This document shows, in pieces, positions 13,118 through 25,208 of a DNA stretch of 64,000 bases. The DNA comes from Enoplolaimus lenunculus (lineage: Eukaryota): positions 186,001 to 250,000 of the forward strand of contig JASANG010001013.1 of the NCBI GenBank assembly GCA_030248215.1, in the 5' to 3' direction. The notes under the pieces were generated by a model. The model had not been told where the DNA came from. It worked only from the letters and a program-made list of their open reading frames with translations, and made no database searches. The position numbers and the translations under genes are program-made. Positions within the stretch are counted from its first letter, which is position 1. Each line of letters starts with the position of its first letter.

Positions 13118-14048
13118 CCCTTTCTCACATGAATATTTTCAATTTCATATGAGATGTAATTTAGCTGGAAATGCGGGCTAGAGCGGGGATGGAACTCTCA
13201 GCCTATGGATCCTTAAGCGAGCACCCTATCACTGCGCCACGCAGCCCGCCTGTCCAACTACATTTTTCGTCGACTATATTTGTCGACCGTATGCTGCCAG
13301 CTAGCATACATACAGTGCACTGCACTATATTGCATGTGCACATAACGGACAAGCATGTTGCACATGCTTACAAGTTGTAGAGTGCTCGCTTAAGGATCCA
13401 TAGGCTGAGAGTTCGATCTCCGCTCTAGCCCGCTGTTCCAGCTGCTTGGTAGAAAGGTCTGATGTCCTTGGTTCCTACCTAGACTGACATGGGGGCTACG
13501 CCGTGAGCGCAATGGTAAAACTGCCGCGCTATCAACACGGTATGCAGTCGAAAATAGGATGGACGGTCAAGGGACGACCTTGTTAAAAATAAGGGCATGA
13601 AAGCATGTGAGACATGCTTGTCCTGGTGCATATGCAATAAATGCATTGCGCATTGTGTTGTACAGTCGACACATATAGTCGACGAAAAATGCAGTTGGAG
13701 AGACGGGCTTCGTGGCGCAGTGGTAGAGCGCTCGCTTAAGGATTCATAGGCTGAGAGTTCGATCTCTGCTCTAGCCCGCTTTTCTAGCTGCTTCGTAGAA
13801 AGGTCTGATGTCCTTGGATCCTACCGGACGGACAGTAAGATTCGATTCCCAGTCTCACGGGTAGGAGGCCTTTACGATGACCACTGAGCTATAGGAGCTT
13901 GACGCTGGAGCCCGAGTAGGCTCTCAAGTCTTTTGGAGATTTTACACTGCGCATATATGGTACAATTGTTAAACACTGCTCACAGTGTCTATATTACTCG
14001 TATACTATTGTATTTAGTTGCTCATAGTATACTCTATGAGCGAAAGGG
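13118..14048. mobile_element. Same piggyBac-like MITE (opposite orientation) with an about 670-bp tRNA-derived insert
   Basis: TTAA|CCCTTTCTCACATG...GCGAAAGGG|TTAA; 13835-14048 is the reverse complement of 130-340. Confidence 0.8.
13705..13778 (+). other. tRNA-Ala-derived Pol III unit (SINE head or tRNA pseudogene); further copies at 13374-13432 (+) and 13172-13248 (-)
   Basis: GGGCTTCGTGGCGCAGTGGTAGAGCGCTCGCTTA...GAGTTCGATCTC...AGCCC has A and B boxes and a partial acceptor stem. The anticodon stem does not pair. Confidence 0.7.
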
Positions 14049-14515
14049 TTAAGGTTACTACAAATACCTTGGATTAAGTAATGTATTTATTTTCACGGTT
14101 TCAGTCAAATATATAATTTTATTAATATACGTACAAATTTATAGAAAACATGTATATATTCAGTATAATGGTGGATTCAACGATTAATTTGGGTATATTT
14201 TGAAATGTGATCCATGTAAACATCAGGGGCGAAGCGTTCTTTTTTGCAAGACTGCAAAAAAGTTTAAGCATGCTAATACTACTGCTACAGCTTTGTTCTA
14301 TACATTGGCTTGAAATATGGTTCAAATATACGGGTTTGGCAGAAAAATTTCCATGAAAATTGTGTCCAATTTAAGAAATACTGAATTCGCTACCGAATAT
14401 TTTATTGTAAAAACTTTTCAGCTGCACATTTTTATTGCAAAATTATTTCAAGTAAAATTACATCGGATCCGTACACAGCAAATTCGTAGCTATCTAACAC
14501 GTTTAGCATATTCCG

Positions 14516-14671
14516 CAGGTGCGTAGCCACCTCACCTTGCTAGGGGGGGCTATTAAATTTAGGGGCATTTAAAGGTTTTCAACGACACACAAACAAGGTT
14601 GAAAATCTTCTAGGGGGGCTAAAATTTTCCAGGCGGCCTGACCCCCCTGGCCCGTCTTGGCTACGGGTGTG
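14516..14671. mobile_element. hAT-like MITE (CAGG.GCGTAGCC...GGCTACG..TG)
   Basis: Perfect 8-bp TSD ATATTCCG. Relatives at about 15854-16005 (in the GPCR intron), 43720-43883, 45537-45800 and 52219-52380. Confidence 0.82.
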
Positions 14672-15150
14672 ATATTCCGGTTGGGGCCAAATTTTATGCG
14701 AGACATGCGAAAAATTTACACGGGTTTTTCAGGGTCGGGATACCGCAACCTCTCTGCTATTGGAGAATTATAGAATAGACACACATGGTTCACCTGCTCG
14801 CACTTGCTCACACCGACTCCACATTAAGATTATTGCTAGAGGGAGTTACGTTGACTCAGTCCTTACAAAATGTATAACCTCCCTCAGGATCAGAACAGTA
14901 GTATAAGCATATTCCTAAACCTAAACCTAAACCTAAACGTAAGAATGAGTTTATTCTTAAGCCTAAGCAAAAAAACTAAGTCTAAAGCTTCAACTGACTC
15001 TATTACAGCCTCGCCGGAAAACGAACCCGTCCAGTTCAATACATGGGCCGAAAATTCAACAAAAAACACAAATTCGTAGGTATTGGAATATTGAATCTTA
15101 AAGTCCGTTATAAGTCGACTCCGACTAAAATTCGGAGCACAGTTGTTCAC

Positions 15151-15723
15151 TTAAACCATAACATTTCCATTTCCCAACTGACGTCGCAATCCAAACTCGG
15201 AACAGCCACAAACCAACTGAACCGTTTCCAGCTCGTGATCGTTCGAATCCATTTCATCAAGTGAAAGTGTTCCAAGCGTTCCACGTCGTGCTCCCAATCG
15301 TGGTCGTCCGCAAAATATCGCTGAAGTTCTCCGCAAATCTCCTGCTCCCGTGTGATTCACAGCCTGCTCCGAAGACAGTCCTGTTGACCGAAATTGTTTA
15401 CTGAAGCCATCGCAGTTTACACTAGATCTAACGCATAAATCTAACGCTTGGATTGAATTTCGATTCGAAGGTGAATGAACCTTAATTAACGCCGTAGCGG
15501 TTCGTCGAATGCTTGGGTGCTTTAGTTGAGTTGAATCCGGCGAAACTTTCGAGTTCAACGAAGAGCTGACGACAGCCGCTGGCGAGGGGCGGGTAAGATG
15601 GACTAAGGGTCGGTCTGAGTTCATCGGATACGGCTGAATTGCTCCGACTCCAGTGTTTACTGCGTAGAATACTGATGTACGCCGGCTTGCGGGGTGAGAT
15701 GATTGCTCGTGTAGACCGAGAAG
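15151..15723 (-). CDS. Probable terminal coding exon of the GPCR (Ser/Arg-rich cytoplasmic tail, 190 aa)
   Basis: Acceptor TATTTTCAG|CTT is phase 0, matching the donor. The frame is open for 573 nt and is GC-richer than its flanks. Confidence 0.72.
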   Translation of the reverse strand, partial: LLGLHEQSSHPASRRTSVFYAVNTGVGAIQPYPMNSDRPLVHLTRPSPAAVVSSSLNSKVSPDSTQLKHPSIRRTATALIKVHSPSNRNSIQALDLCVRSSVNCDGFSKQFRSTGLSSEQAVNHTGAGDLRRTSAIFCGRPRLGARRGTLGTLSLDEMDSNDHELETVQLVCGCSEFGLRRQLGNGNVMV

Positions 15724-16432
15724 CTGAAAATAGCGAACGAAAAAAATTATCTCCAGTAAATAACAATAAAAGTGTGAAGATATATTCTCAAATGTGCATA
15801 GCACCAAGAACCAATTATGACTCTGTAGGCAAAAGTGGGCAACGTCTTAAAATCAGGCCTGTAGCCAGTTCACCTTGCTAGGGGGGGCTAAAAAATTTTC
15901 AGGAGGGGCATTCAAGGGTTTATAACGGGTTACAAGCAAGGTTGAAAACTTTCTAGGGGGTCCAAAATTTTCCAGTAGGGGATGAGCCCCCCTGCCCCCG
16001 CTTGGGTAACACTGAATACATCAAAGTGGTGGTATTTTACCCATAACCCCTCATTTTAGGGGGTCTAAATTAGATACCCAATGCACAAAACACAAGACAA
16101 AATGATAATAAGGTCTAGAATGTAAGCGGACCATTTTCTACCATGCATTTAATTAGCATATTCTTCAATTTCGTGGTTTTAACCACGACCCCCCTTCCGT
16201 ATAAGGGGTTTGGCCAAAAATTTAACGCTGTTGGATACATTCTTTTGTACACAGAATATACTGACTTAATAAATTGCGTGGTACATTTTTCCGAGTTAAA
16301 AACGCCGTTCAACAGAATCCAGCATTGTACTAAACAGGTGTCACAGCGTTTCATCTAAAGTTACCCATTGAGACCATTAGTAGGGATAAATCTTGATCTG
16401 CTCACTGTTCCATATGCCCTATTCTCACTTAC

Positions 16433-18280
16433 TCGTTTCAAATACGACGTATTAACTTCAATCGAATCCACGCGATAATAGTCCGACCTGCCGTTGGACC
16501 CATGTCCATTCGCAGTGACCCCACCCATCCCGGCGCCGGCCGTTTGGACGCGGCCGTATCGATAAGGACCACCTCGTCCACTCAGCATCGGTCTTTTCAG
16601 CGATTCGTCACAACAACAACACTGAGTCCGTAAACAGTGTAAGAGTTCAAGTCTAAATCGCTGAGAAAACGCGTAATATATCGCAACATTGGTTGACGAA
16701 TTAAGGATTACCAACATATTACTGATGTCCATAACGCAATCTATTGTAGTAAGATTTGCCTCATAATAAGCTGGGTCAACGGCTTCGATAAAGTTTAAAA
16801 TGTACGGAAGTGTATTCGACGCAACAAAAGTTGCAATTAACACAAACATCATTACTGTTGTGCGATTTTCGCGTCGTTGTTGACTGCTAAGTGCACACTG
16901 CGATTTGCGTGCACGTGCAATTTCACGCACGATGCATGCGTTAAATGCAATGATTACGCAGAATGGACCAGCGAAATGTGTTAATAAGTAAAGCGCTGAA
17001 TGATACAAGAGTTGGTAGTTGTATTGACGACGAAGTAGAAAATCTAAACCGATTATTATTTCTTGTTGTTGTTGTTGTTGTTGTTGTTGTGGAGGTTGAG
17101 GTTGAGGTTGGAGTTGAAGTTGAAGTTGTTGTGACTGTTGCTCCTCTTGTTGTTGCTGCTGATGCAACGGTTTTTTCCGTTGTTTGTAGTGTTGTTGTTG
17201 TTGTTGTTGTTGTTTAAAATATTGCAGTTGCTGTTGATCTTGTGGTTGCTGGTGTTGTCGTTGCTTTTGTGCGTCAATTGCCTCGTGCTGTGAAGAAACA
17301 AGCGATTGCGGATGCGATGATCCGTTCATAGATTGGTTTTCGATGCTGTGGTTGTTTCTTTTTACGATGTCATTTTTGAAGTTGTTGTTGTTGTTATTAT
17401 TATTGTTGTTGGTGATGTTGTCGACGAAACTGTTTTCAGTGTTGCTATTGTTTATAATCGTCGCATTAATGATAATGTTATCATTGTTGTTGTAACTGTT
17501 TATAATACTGTAATTATTATCATTGTTACTAACGGTGTTATTGCCGCTGTTATGATAGTCGATGAAGCTGTTATTCCTGCCACAAATGATTGGATCGACG
17601 CATTTCGGAATATTGATAGCAACGTCACCGGGCCAATTAGAGCCTACCGTACCATGCCGATGGTTAGGTGGGTAGGAAAACACTAACCGAAACTCCCAAA
17701 ATCGTACAAAATTGTACGCCAGTGCAGTCGACATAATAATTGCAACTGCAAGCGATGCTTGCCTGCAAGTTGCAATCATGCGATCTCGAAACGGATGACA
17801 AACTACCGTATATCGTTCTATGGTAATGAGTACAAATGTCCAAACGCTCGCGGATCGGGCAGCCATACAAATTGGATAAATATAAACAAACGCATAAGGC
17901 AGGAAACGATTAAATATACGCCATCTTAGATACGTATTTAGTGCAGGCACTGCAAATAGTGCAGTACTTAGTGCAACAACAACAAAATCAATAACTGCCA
18001 AACTTATCAATATTGTATTGATAGGGTTGCGCATTGAGCGTCGACTAAATATTGCAATGGTAACTGAATTGCCTAACATACCAACACTGCAAACAATTGC
18101 AATTGCAAGACCAAATATTGCTGTACGAAATGATAAATCTTTGTCGTCGAAGTTGTTGTCGCTGGTAAAACGTACAGATTCAATGCTAACATTGCTAGCG
18201 ATCAAGATGGCGGTACTGTTTGGCGGCAGTTTTTCGAAGCCAGTCGAATTAGCTAGTTTTGGCGAAGCGTATTTATTCAT
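16433..18280 (-). CDS. Rhodopsin-class neuropeptide GPCR, FMRFamide-receptor-like; coding exon 1 (all 7 TM)
   Basis: GMLGN (TM1), LISLAVID (TM2), YIYPICMAARSASVWTFVLITIERYTVVCHPF (TM3), YNFVRFWE (TM4), AGPFCVIIAFN (TM5), FVASNTLP (TM6), NSSTNVAIYYAFSQRFR (TM7). Phase-0 donor CGA|GTAAGT at 16433/16432. Confidence 0.92.
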
Positions 18281-18338
18281 TATGATGAGAAGTATTTGGA
18301 AATAATTGGTTTGGTGGTTGTTTGTTGATAATTAGTGC

Positions 18339-18488
<150 letters not shown>

Positions 18489-19721
18489 AGGCTGCAACTG
18501 TTGGTGGTGTTCTAATTACTGTTGCTAGCCGGATGCCTTAGCGTTGTTGTATTTGATGATAGTTGGATGACGATTGAAACCGGTAGCCAGTAACCAGAAT
18601 ATGTATTAGAGAAAACGCAAGCAAAACTTAATATGTTTGCTGTGAACAGTTATGAATTAAAGTTCAAATATATTCTAAAATATCTTAAATAGTATACCAT
18701 GTACAACATTTATTTGGTACTCGTATGACAATATGGAAAATTTTTGAAAATCAGACAAAAAGTTAACTTTAAACCCATCCAGTTGGCAGTTGAGAATGCT
18801 TAGAATTAAAGTTATGTCCGGTTCCGGCTCCGGTTCCGGTGATTTTTTTAACTTCCTGTTTCCGTTCCCTGTATTTTATAATTCCGGTTGCACCCTGATA
18901 TATATATTATATATTATATATTTAAATATATATATATGTGTGTGTGTATGTATGTATGTATATATCAAAGACGCGACAGTTTCTCTATGGGACTTCATTA
19001 GAGTAAGTTTTAAGCTTCAGACTAATTATTTTGCTAAGGCTTAGGCTTAGGAATATGCTTATACCAGTTTTATGACCCTGTTCTAAACATTGGCCAAAAT
19101 GCCTAATGTTGAAAGAACACACCAAATTTTAAACAGAAACATGTTTTCATTTTATGATAAAGTGCCAAACTTTTATTGTCGAGTGGCGAAAATAAATATC
19201 CAGTATTTAGCAGTACCGGCTTGTAAATCAATGTTCGTTGTTTAAGTTCTGTTTATATAAAATAAATTTTATGCACCAGACGGCTGCAAAATCTTGTTGA
19301 ACGTTGTACACATCCGTGTAAGCATAAATTTCTCGTGTTGACTCTTTAAATTAACATTTTTTAGATTAAAAACTACTCAAAATCAACGCCAACTGCTTCA
19401 AAATACGTTTACGATTCGACGAATTACTCAAATTAATTAACATAAAATTTTTGATTTTAGCGAAAAGCTACTTAGCTAGCGATGGTAAGTGTTTTCAAGG
19501 TTTGGCTTTTAGACGACGCCCGCAAAATAATTTTGACTTTTACATTTCGAACACATCGTTTAATAATTAATCTTAAATAATTAATGTTTAATAACTTTTA
19601 AGTTTGTGTAGGCAAAAGTTTTAAGTACTCGATTACGAAAAAATTATACGAAACAATGAATTTGAGGAATATGAAACGTTTTTCAGTGTAGCGTTAATAT
19701 TTTTCAAACTTGAATCACATA

Positions 19722-19966
19722 CAGTAGCGGATGCAAAACATTTTGCCGGGGGGAGACGGGCTGGCAAATGTTATAAAACGCAAAAATTGTAAGGTAGGGA
19801 CTTCATCATTTTTCACAAACAATTCTGTGGGAAATATTGTGTTTGTTATTAGAAAAATTTTTGAGGAGGAAAATTGTAGGGTAAGGGTTTCGCCATTTTA
19901 ACACAAAATTTCTGACGGGAGGCGTACGCCCCCCTCCCTCCCGCTCTCCCTCTGGATCCGCTAGTG
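19722..19966. mobile_element. hAT-like MITE
   Basis: CAGTAGCGGAT...ATCCGCTAGTG with a perfect 8-bp TSD ATCACATA. Confidence 0.82.
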
Positions 19967-21323
19967 ATCACATATTTCCCTAAAAGATAAATCTTGTCAC
20001 GTGGAATATATATGTCATGCCTTAAACAGCTATTTGCCCCAGTTAGCAATTGGGACGTGCCAGACTTCAATTTCTGTTCGAGAAACCCCAAACAACAACT
20101 GGAATGCAGACTAATTTTGATTGGTTGTTCAAGTATGACTATTTTCGAGAAAACTGACTTACACAGAAATTATTTGACTTCAAAATATTTACAACCTAAA
20201 AATTATACAAGGTTTATATAGGATAAAAGATTACAGAGGCGTAATTTGATTGGCTAATTAAAACAAATACTGCATTGCCCATATAAATATGTATAAAATT
20301 AAACATTACGACACACGCTTACACACCATCATTTGTATAATTTATAAGTACTATAAACCTTGTTCAATTCACAATTTATAAATACGGTGAAGCCAAATAG
20401 TTATTGTGTAAGGCAATTACTCGACCATAGTTAAACTAAACCTAAGCAACCAATCACAGTTTGTATTCCAGCAGCTGTTTGGCCTCCCAAACAGCAATTG
20501 CCCTCTGGGACGTTTCAATTGCCAACTAGGGCAAATAGCTCATATATCTACCTTCATACTTACACGAACTAACACATAATGCGCAGTGTTTAACAATTAT
20601 TGCACGTATACATGGTCAATATTTCCACAAAACGTTAAAACACCACGAAGTTTAAGCGTCAAGCAACGCTTGACATCCTAAAGTGCAGTGTTCTAACCTG
20701 GGCTTAAAAATACTTAAAAATATTCAAATGAGAAAAAGTTAACCTCATATCAAAGAGTTCAGGGTTTGAATTTTACTTTAGAACTTGGATTTCAGTTGAA
20801 AACCAACATATTCATGTAGGAATTGGCTAACATCTTTTGATGTCTGCCAACGCAGCGAACGAGCAATTTTGTTGCAGTAAGCATTGCATAAAAATTGCTG
20901 TAAAGCCTGTAAACAGGCATTTTTCTCGTCTTTCCATAGAAGTCGGCTGATATATATATTTATACCAATGCCATGTATTTTAATGGTCATTTGCATTGTG
21001 ACGCATTTTCGTCTGTGGTACAACGTTCAATCTTGTGGCTGTGTCGTCTGAAATCAAGCATATTTTGCCAATTTTCAAAGTCCTACGTTCAAATTTGGTC
21101 TAATATTTTCCGGAAGCCATATTTTTTGCTCTCGTTATATCAACGAACGAGTAAATATTTTGTGTTTTTGTATCAAACATCTGCCCGTGGTTACTTAGGA
21201 TGATAAATAGTTGTCAAAATACAGTTCGGCTTCCACGAGATCGCTGTGAGTTGTTCAAAACAAACTTAAAAACACTAAACACAGAGTGAAATATTTCAAA
21301 TTTAAAGAAAATATAGCAAATTC

Positions 21324-21536
21324 GGCCAATGTGACGTAACAGTAGATTAAGCGTATTCTTAAGCCTAAGCTTAAGCCTAACCGTTGCAAAAGGATATTCG
21401 TAAGCCTAAGCCTAAGCGTTGCAAAAGCGTATTCCTAAGCCTATGCCTAAGCATAAGCAAAAAATTGTCTAGAATGTAAGCCTACTTTTTTACAGACCCA
21501 CCAGAAACCGGGACGGCCCTAAAAGTAGCATGGGTC
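21324..21536. mobile_element. Family A MITE, subfamily with GCCCTAAAAGTA sub-terminus
   Basis: GGCCAATG...CATGGGTC ends, GCCTAA blocks, TSD GCAAATTC/ACAAATTC. Confidence 0.78.
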
Positions 21537-23076
21537 ACAAATTCCTTCAATACGCAATGGTATTTTTTGGCCTCGCGTCCTATTAAACGTTAACTGGTCA
21601 AAAAAATATTTGACCACAAATTTAAAACGGGAAGCAAAATATCGATGCTAATGTATTTTAAAATGTTCAACTTTGTCAAATTCGTCAGTTTGAAAACCTA
21701 TTAATTTTATAATGCAATTTCGTTACATTATAACTTTTATTCACTGGTATGAAATGGTGAGAAAGTATAATTTCAATACAAAATCATTATAAACACACGC
21801 TGGCAATTATGGGTTTTGTCTCAACTTATCAAATCTCAATGCTTAAATTTCACATCGCATAACAATCGCCTGAGGCTTGTGATTTTATAGTCGAGCGGCG
21901 ATGCCAGCCACTTCGTATTTGACTGTATTTATCGTTCGAGTCCTAGGTTGAAATTTTGAAATCGAATAAAATCGAAAATATTCATGCGAGAAAGGGTTAA
22001 TAAAAAATTTTAATTACCAATATTTATAAGCTTGCGCGTCAAAAACTCTCATAGGCGAACAGTGATAGTAAACGCTTTGTCAGTCGAGTAAAATCCAAAC
22101 ATATAAATTCAAAATACAGATAAAATAGAAAATATTCATGCGAGAAAGAGTTATTGAAAGGTTTTACTATTTGCCACGTGCAACTTCGATAACAACAAAA
22201 GTTAAAAAAATATATTTGACCCAGAAAGTTGTTGCGATTTTAAACATTTTAGTTGCAAACCGCATCTGTAGAATCACGTGAGCCAAAATCAGTCAAATCC
22301 TATCACGTTTATATGTTTAGGCATAGATACTATGACATCGGCTCTTAGAGCACCATATGTCTAGGACGTGCCTTCAAAATGCTTAATTCTAGCAACACAA
22401 CAGTGTCATTTACAGAACAATCGTTAACCCTTTCGTTTAAAAAAATATAACAAAATTCTTTAAAGTCAGGGATATCCTAATAAGGATACAAAGGGGGCGC
22501 AGCTTTAAGCCGAATCCGTACGAATATTTTTCACTACAGACATCCAATAATTGAACATCCGGTAACGAATAGCAAATTCGATATTAAGGAACCAACGATA
22601 TTTCAGAAGTTGTTTTGTCAGATCCGGCTCCAGCCAATCAAAATTCAACGCTTCGCTATGTGAAGGTAACGAAAAACAAATTTAGCTTGATAATATTTGT
22701 GTTGTCAAAGCGTTAACCCGGGCTGGTCATGTGGTTTTATCCATAACGAAAAATCATGAGATTAATCAGAAATCCTACGTCAAACTGTGGGAATGTTTAA
22801 CAGAAACAATTTTGTGAAAGTCAGGTATAACGTTGATTACTGTGTCATATGACACCTGTCGACGTAATCTCAAATGTGTGTAGCATCTATTACCAGTTTG
22901 TACTGATTTTGACTTTGGTATAAGCGGAAGGGTAAAATCGAATGGAAAAATGTGCTGTAAGTCGAACACCGCATTGCGTCGAATAGCACATTTTGCAACG
23001 CAAAATAATAAGTAATCAGCATAGTATCTGGTCTCTAGGAAGTTATCATCGACTCTTGGTTTATTATTCATTTATT

Positions 23077-23287
23077 GATCCATGCATAGATCCGGGGCGG
23101 AACATGTTTCTGCAGCATTGCAATAGAGTAAGCTTAAGTTTTGAACAATTTTATGCCTAGGCTTAGGTTTAGGTATAAGCCCATTCTTACGCTTAGGCTT
23201 AGGCTTAGCCTTAGGCATATTCTCATTCTTACGCTTAGGCTTAGGAATATGCTTACACCACTGTAACGGACCAGCTATACATTGGCC
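23077..23287. mobile_element. Family A telomere-repeat MITE
   Basis: TIRs, TTAGGC blocks, TSD CATTTATT/CATTTATG. Confidence 0.82.
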
Positions 23288-24094
23288 CATTTATGAAACA
23301 TCCGCTTTAATTGCGATTGCGCTCAATAGAATATATCACTTAACAGGATGTAGCCGGATATCGGTTTCCGGTAAGTAGCATTGGACGTTAGAAAAATTGT
23401 GTTTTTTGTATTTTTCATAGATAATTGTAAATTATTGGTAATCACTTAGTATTCAGTGCAGAGATGTGGCAATTGTTCAATTTGAAATAAAAAAACGACA
23501 AAATTCAGGCTTAAAAAATGGTTGTCTAAGATTCATAGCCTCACATTCGCCAAACCGAACGGACAACACCGAAGCACAATGTGCGCTGGATACTTTGTTT
23601 AAACCAGAATATACCGCAGTTGCATACTCTTGTCTAAAGCCTGATTATCAATATATATACTTGTTGTTTTAATATTAATAGTTAAACTGCAAATAAACGG
23701 TAAAAGAGCACATTCTTATACTAATATCAAACGTCGTAAGACTATTTTCATACGTTTTTTTTTCGATTTCGGTTCATGTGTTCTCAACTCCTTAAAACCT
23801 TTCATCTTGTGAAATTTTGAAATCTTGATCATCGAGTCGCCGCCCATCATCGAGTAGCCGCCGATTATCGAGACATTTAGCAATTCCTATAGCTAAGAAA
23901 TCCTCTACATCTGCATTCTGGTTTAAAATAGCACTTTTGAGCAGAAATCAATAATATATTGTCTAGTAATTTTTAAATCAATCTGATTGGGCTGAAAACA
24001 AACTAGCGATGTTTTAGTTGAAGTTTAATAGCAGATCTGCGATTTGATTAAATATTTTAGCTTAAATTAAAATTGAAATTTTAAACGGACTTAG

Positions 24095-24269
24095 TAGCAT
24101 TTACATTTTTGGACCCATCTAAAGTGTGCAATATCAAAATTTAGGCTCATAGCCTGAAGACAGGCAAACTCGGCCGTCTAATTTTGTCGTAGCATTTACA
24201 TTTTTGGACCCATCTAAAGTATCAAAATTTAGGCTCATAGCCTGAAGACAGGCAAACTCGACCGTCTAA
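24095..24269. repeat. Local direct duplication (about 85 bp x2)
   Basis: TAGCATTTACATTTTTGGACCC...GGCAAACTCG.CCGTCTAA occurs twice. Confidence 0.85.
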
Positions 24270-24932
24270 CGTTGTCCTCTCACCAGATATTACCTCAGTA
24301 ATATGTGGGAGAAGAGTGTATCAGATCAGGTAATCTTTCTGTTTTGCGAATATTCGACAATTTTGCGGCCGAAAATATCTTTGAGGAATATTTTGCGTTT
24401 TGCATATTTTCAAAACATCTTGTTGTTGTTGTTGTTTTCGGGGTTATTTTTCTGCCGCAAAATTATATACACAAAATTCAACCCGCAAACGGGTACAAAT
24501 CGTGTATACTGTATTTGACACTAATTTTAAACTTAAATATTAAATATTTTACGTGTTATAAAGTTGTTCTATTTTAAAAGTCAAAACAACCAAAAATAAC
24601 GCTAATTACACTAGCGTGTGTACACCAAACCGGCTCGTATTGCCTAAGCATTAATTTGCTGGTATTTTTAATAATGCCAATATAGAAACGAGAACCAGGA
24701 TATAATTAGGTCAAACAAGTGCCTCGAAACCCCGTTATGATAAGTCTGTGGGACACTTTTCGTCACGCGCTTCCACCGTAAACTCAAGCTTTCTTCGGTT
24801 TTAGCTTTAGAGGTTTTAGGCGAAGGCTTATTAGGAAAATGTTTACCTAAACCTAAGCATTAGCCTAATCGTGAGCCGAAGAATACGCCTTAACTATAAA
24901 TATCGGGGGAGTGTACAAAAGTTCAGTATTAA

Positions 24933-25208
24933 GCCGTGTTCACACGTGCAAGTTTTTGCTGCGAGAATTTGCAGCTGAAAATTGCAGTTGCAAGTTTTGT
25001 CTAAAATCCCGTTCGAAAATTTTGCAGGTGCAAATAAACCTTAAAAAGCATAGTTAGGAATTTAGTACATATATGTGTTAATAACAGTGCAATTTCACTG
25101 AATTTTTATTGCAGCCGCAATCTCATTGGCTGATGAAAAAATGCAGGTTCAGCGTGCAATTTTCACCGGCAAGTTCTTGCAGTAAAAACTTGAACGTGTT
25201 AATAGGGC
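24933..25208. mobile_element. TIR MITE (GCCCTATTCACACGTGCAAG), TTAA-flanked; Harbinger- or Kolobok-like
   Basis: Inverted termini. Copies at about 25822-26050, 36558-36829 and a degenerate one at 56570-56850. Confidence 0.72.

Noticed and set aside
13705..13778. Functional tRNA gene
   Set aside because: The anticodon stem cannot pair, the T-arm and acceptor stem are imperfect, and it is embedded in a repeated unit.
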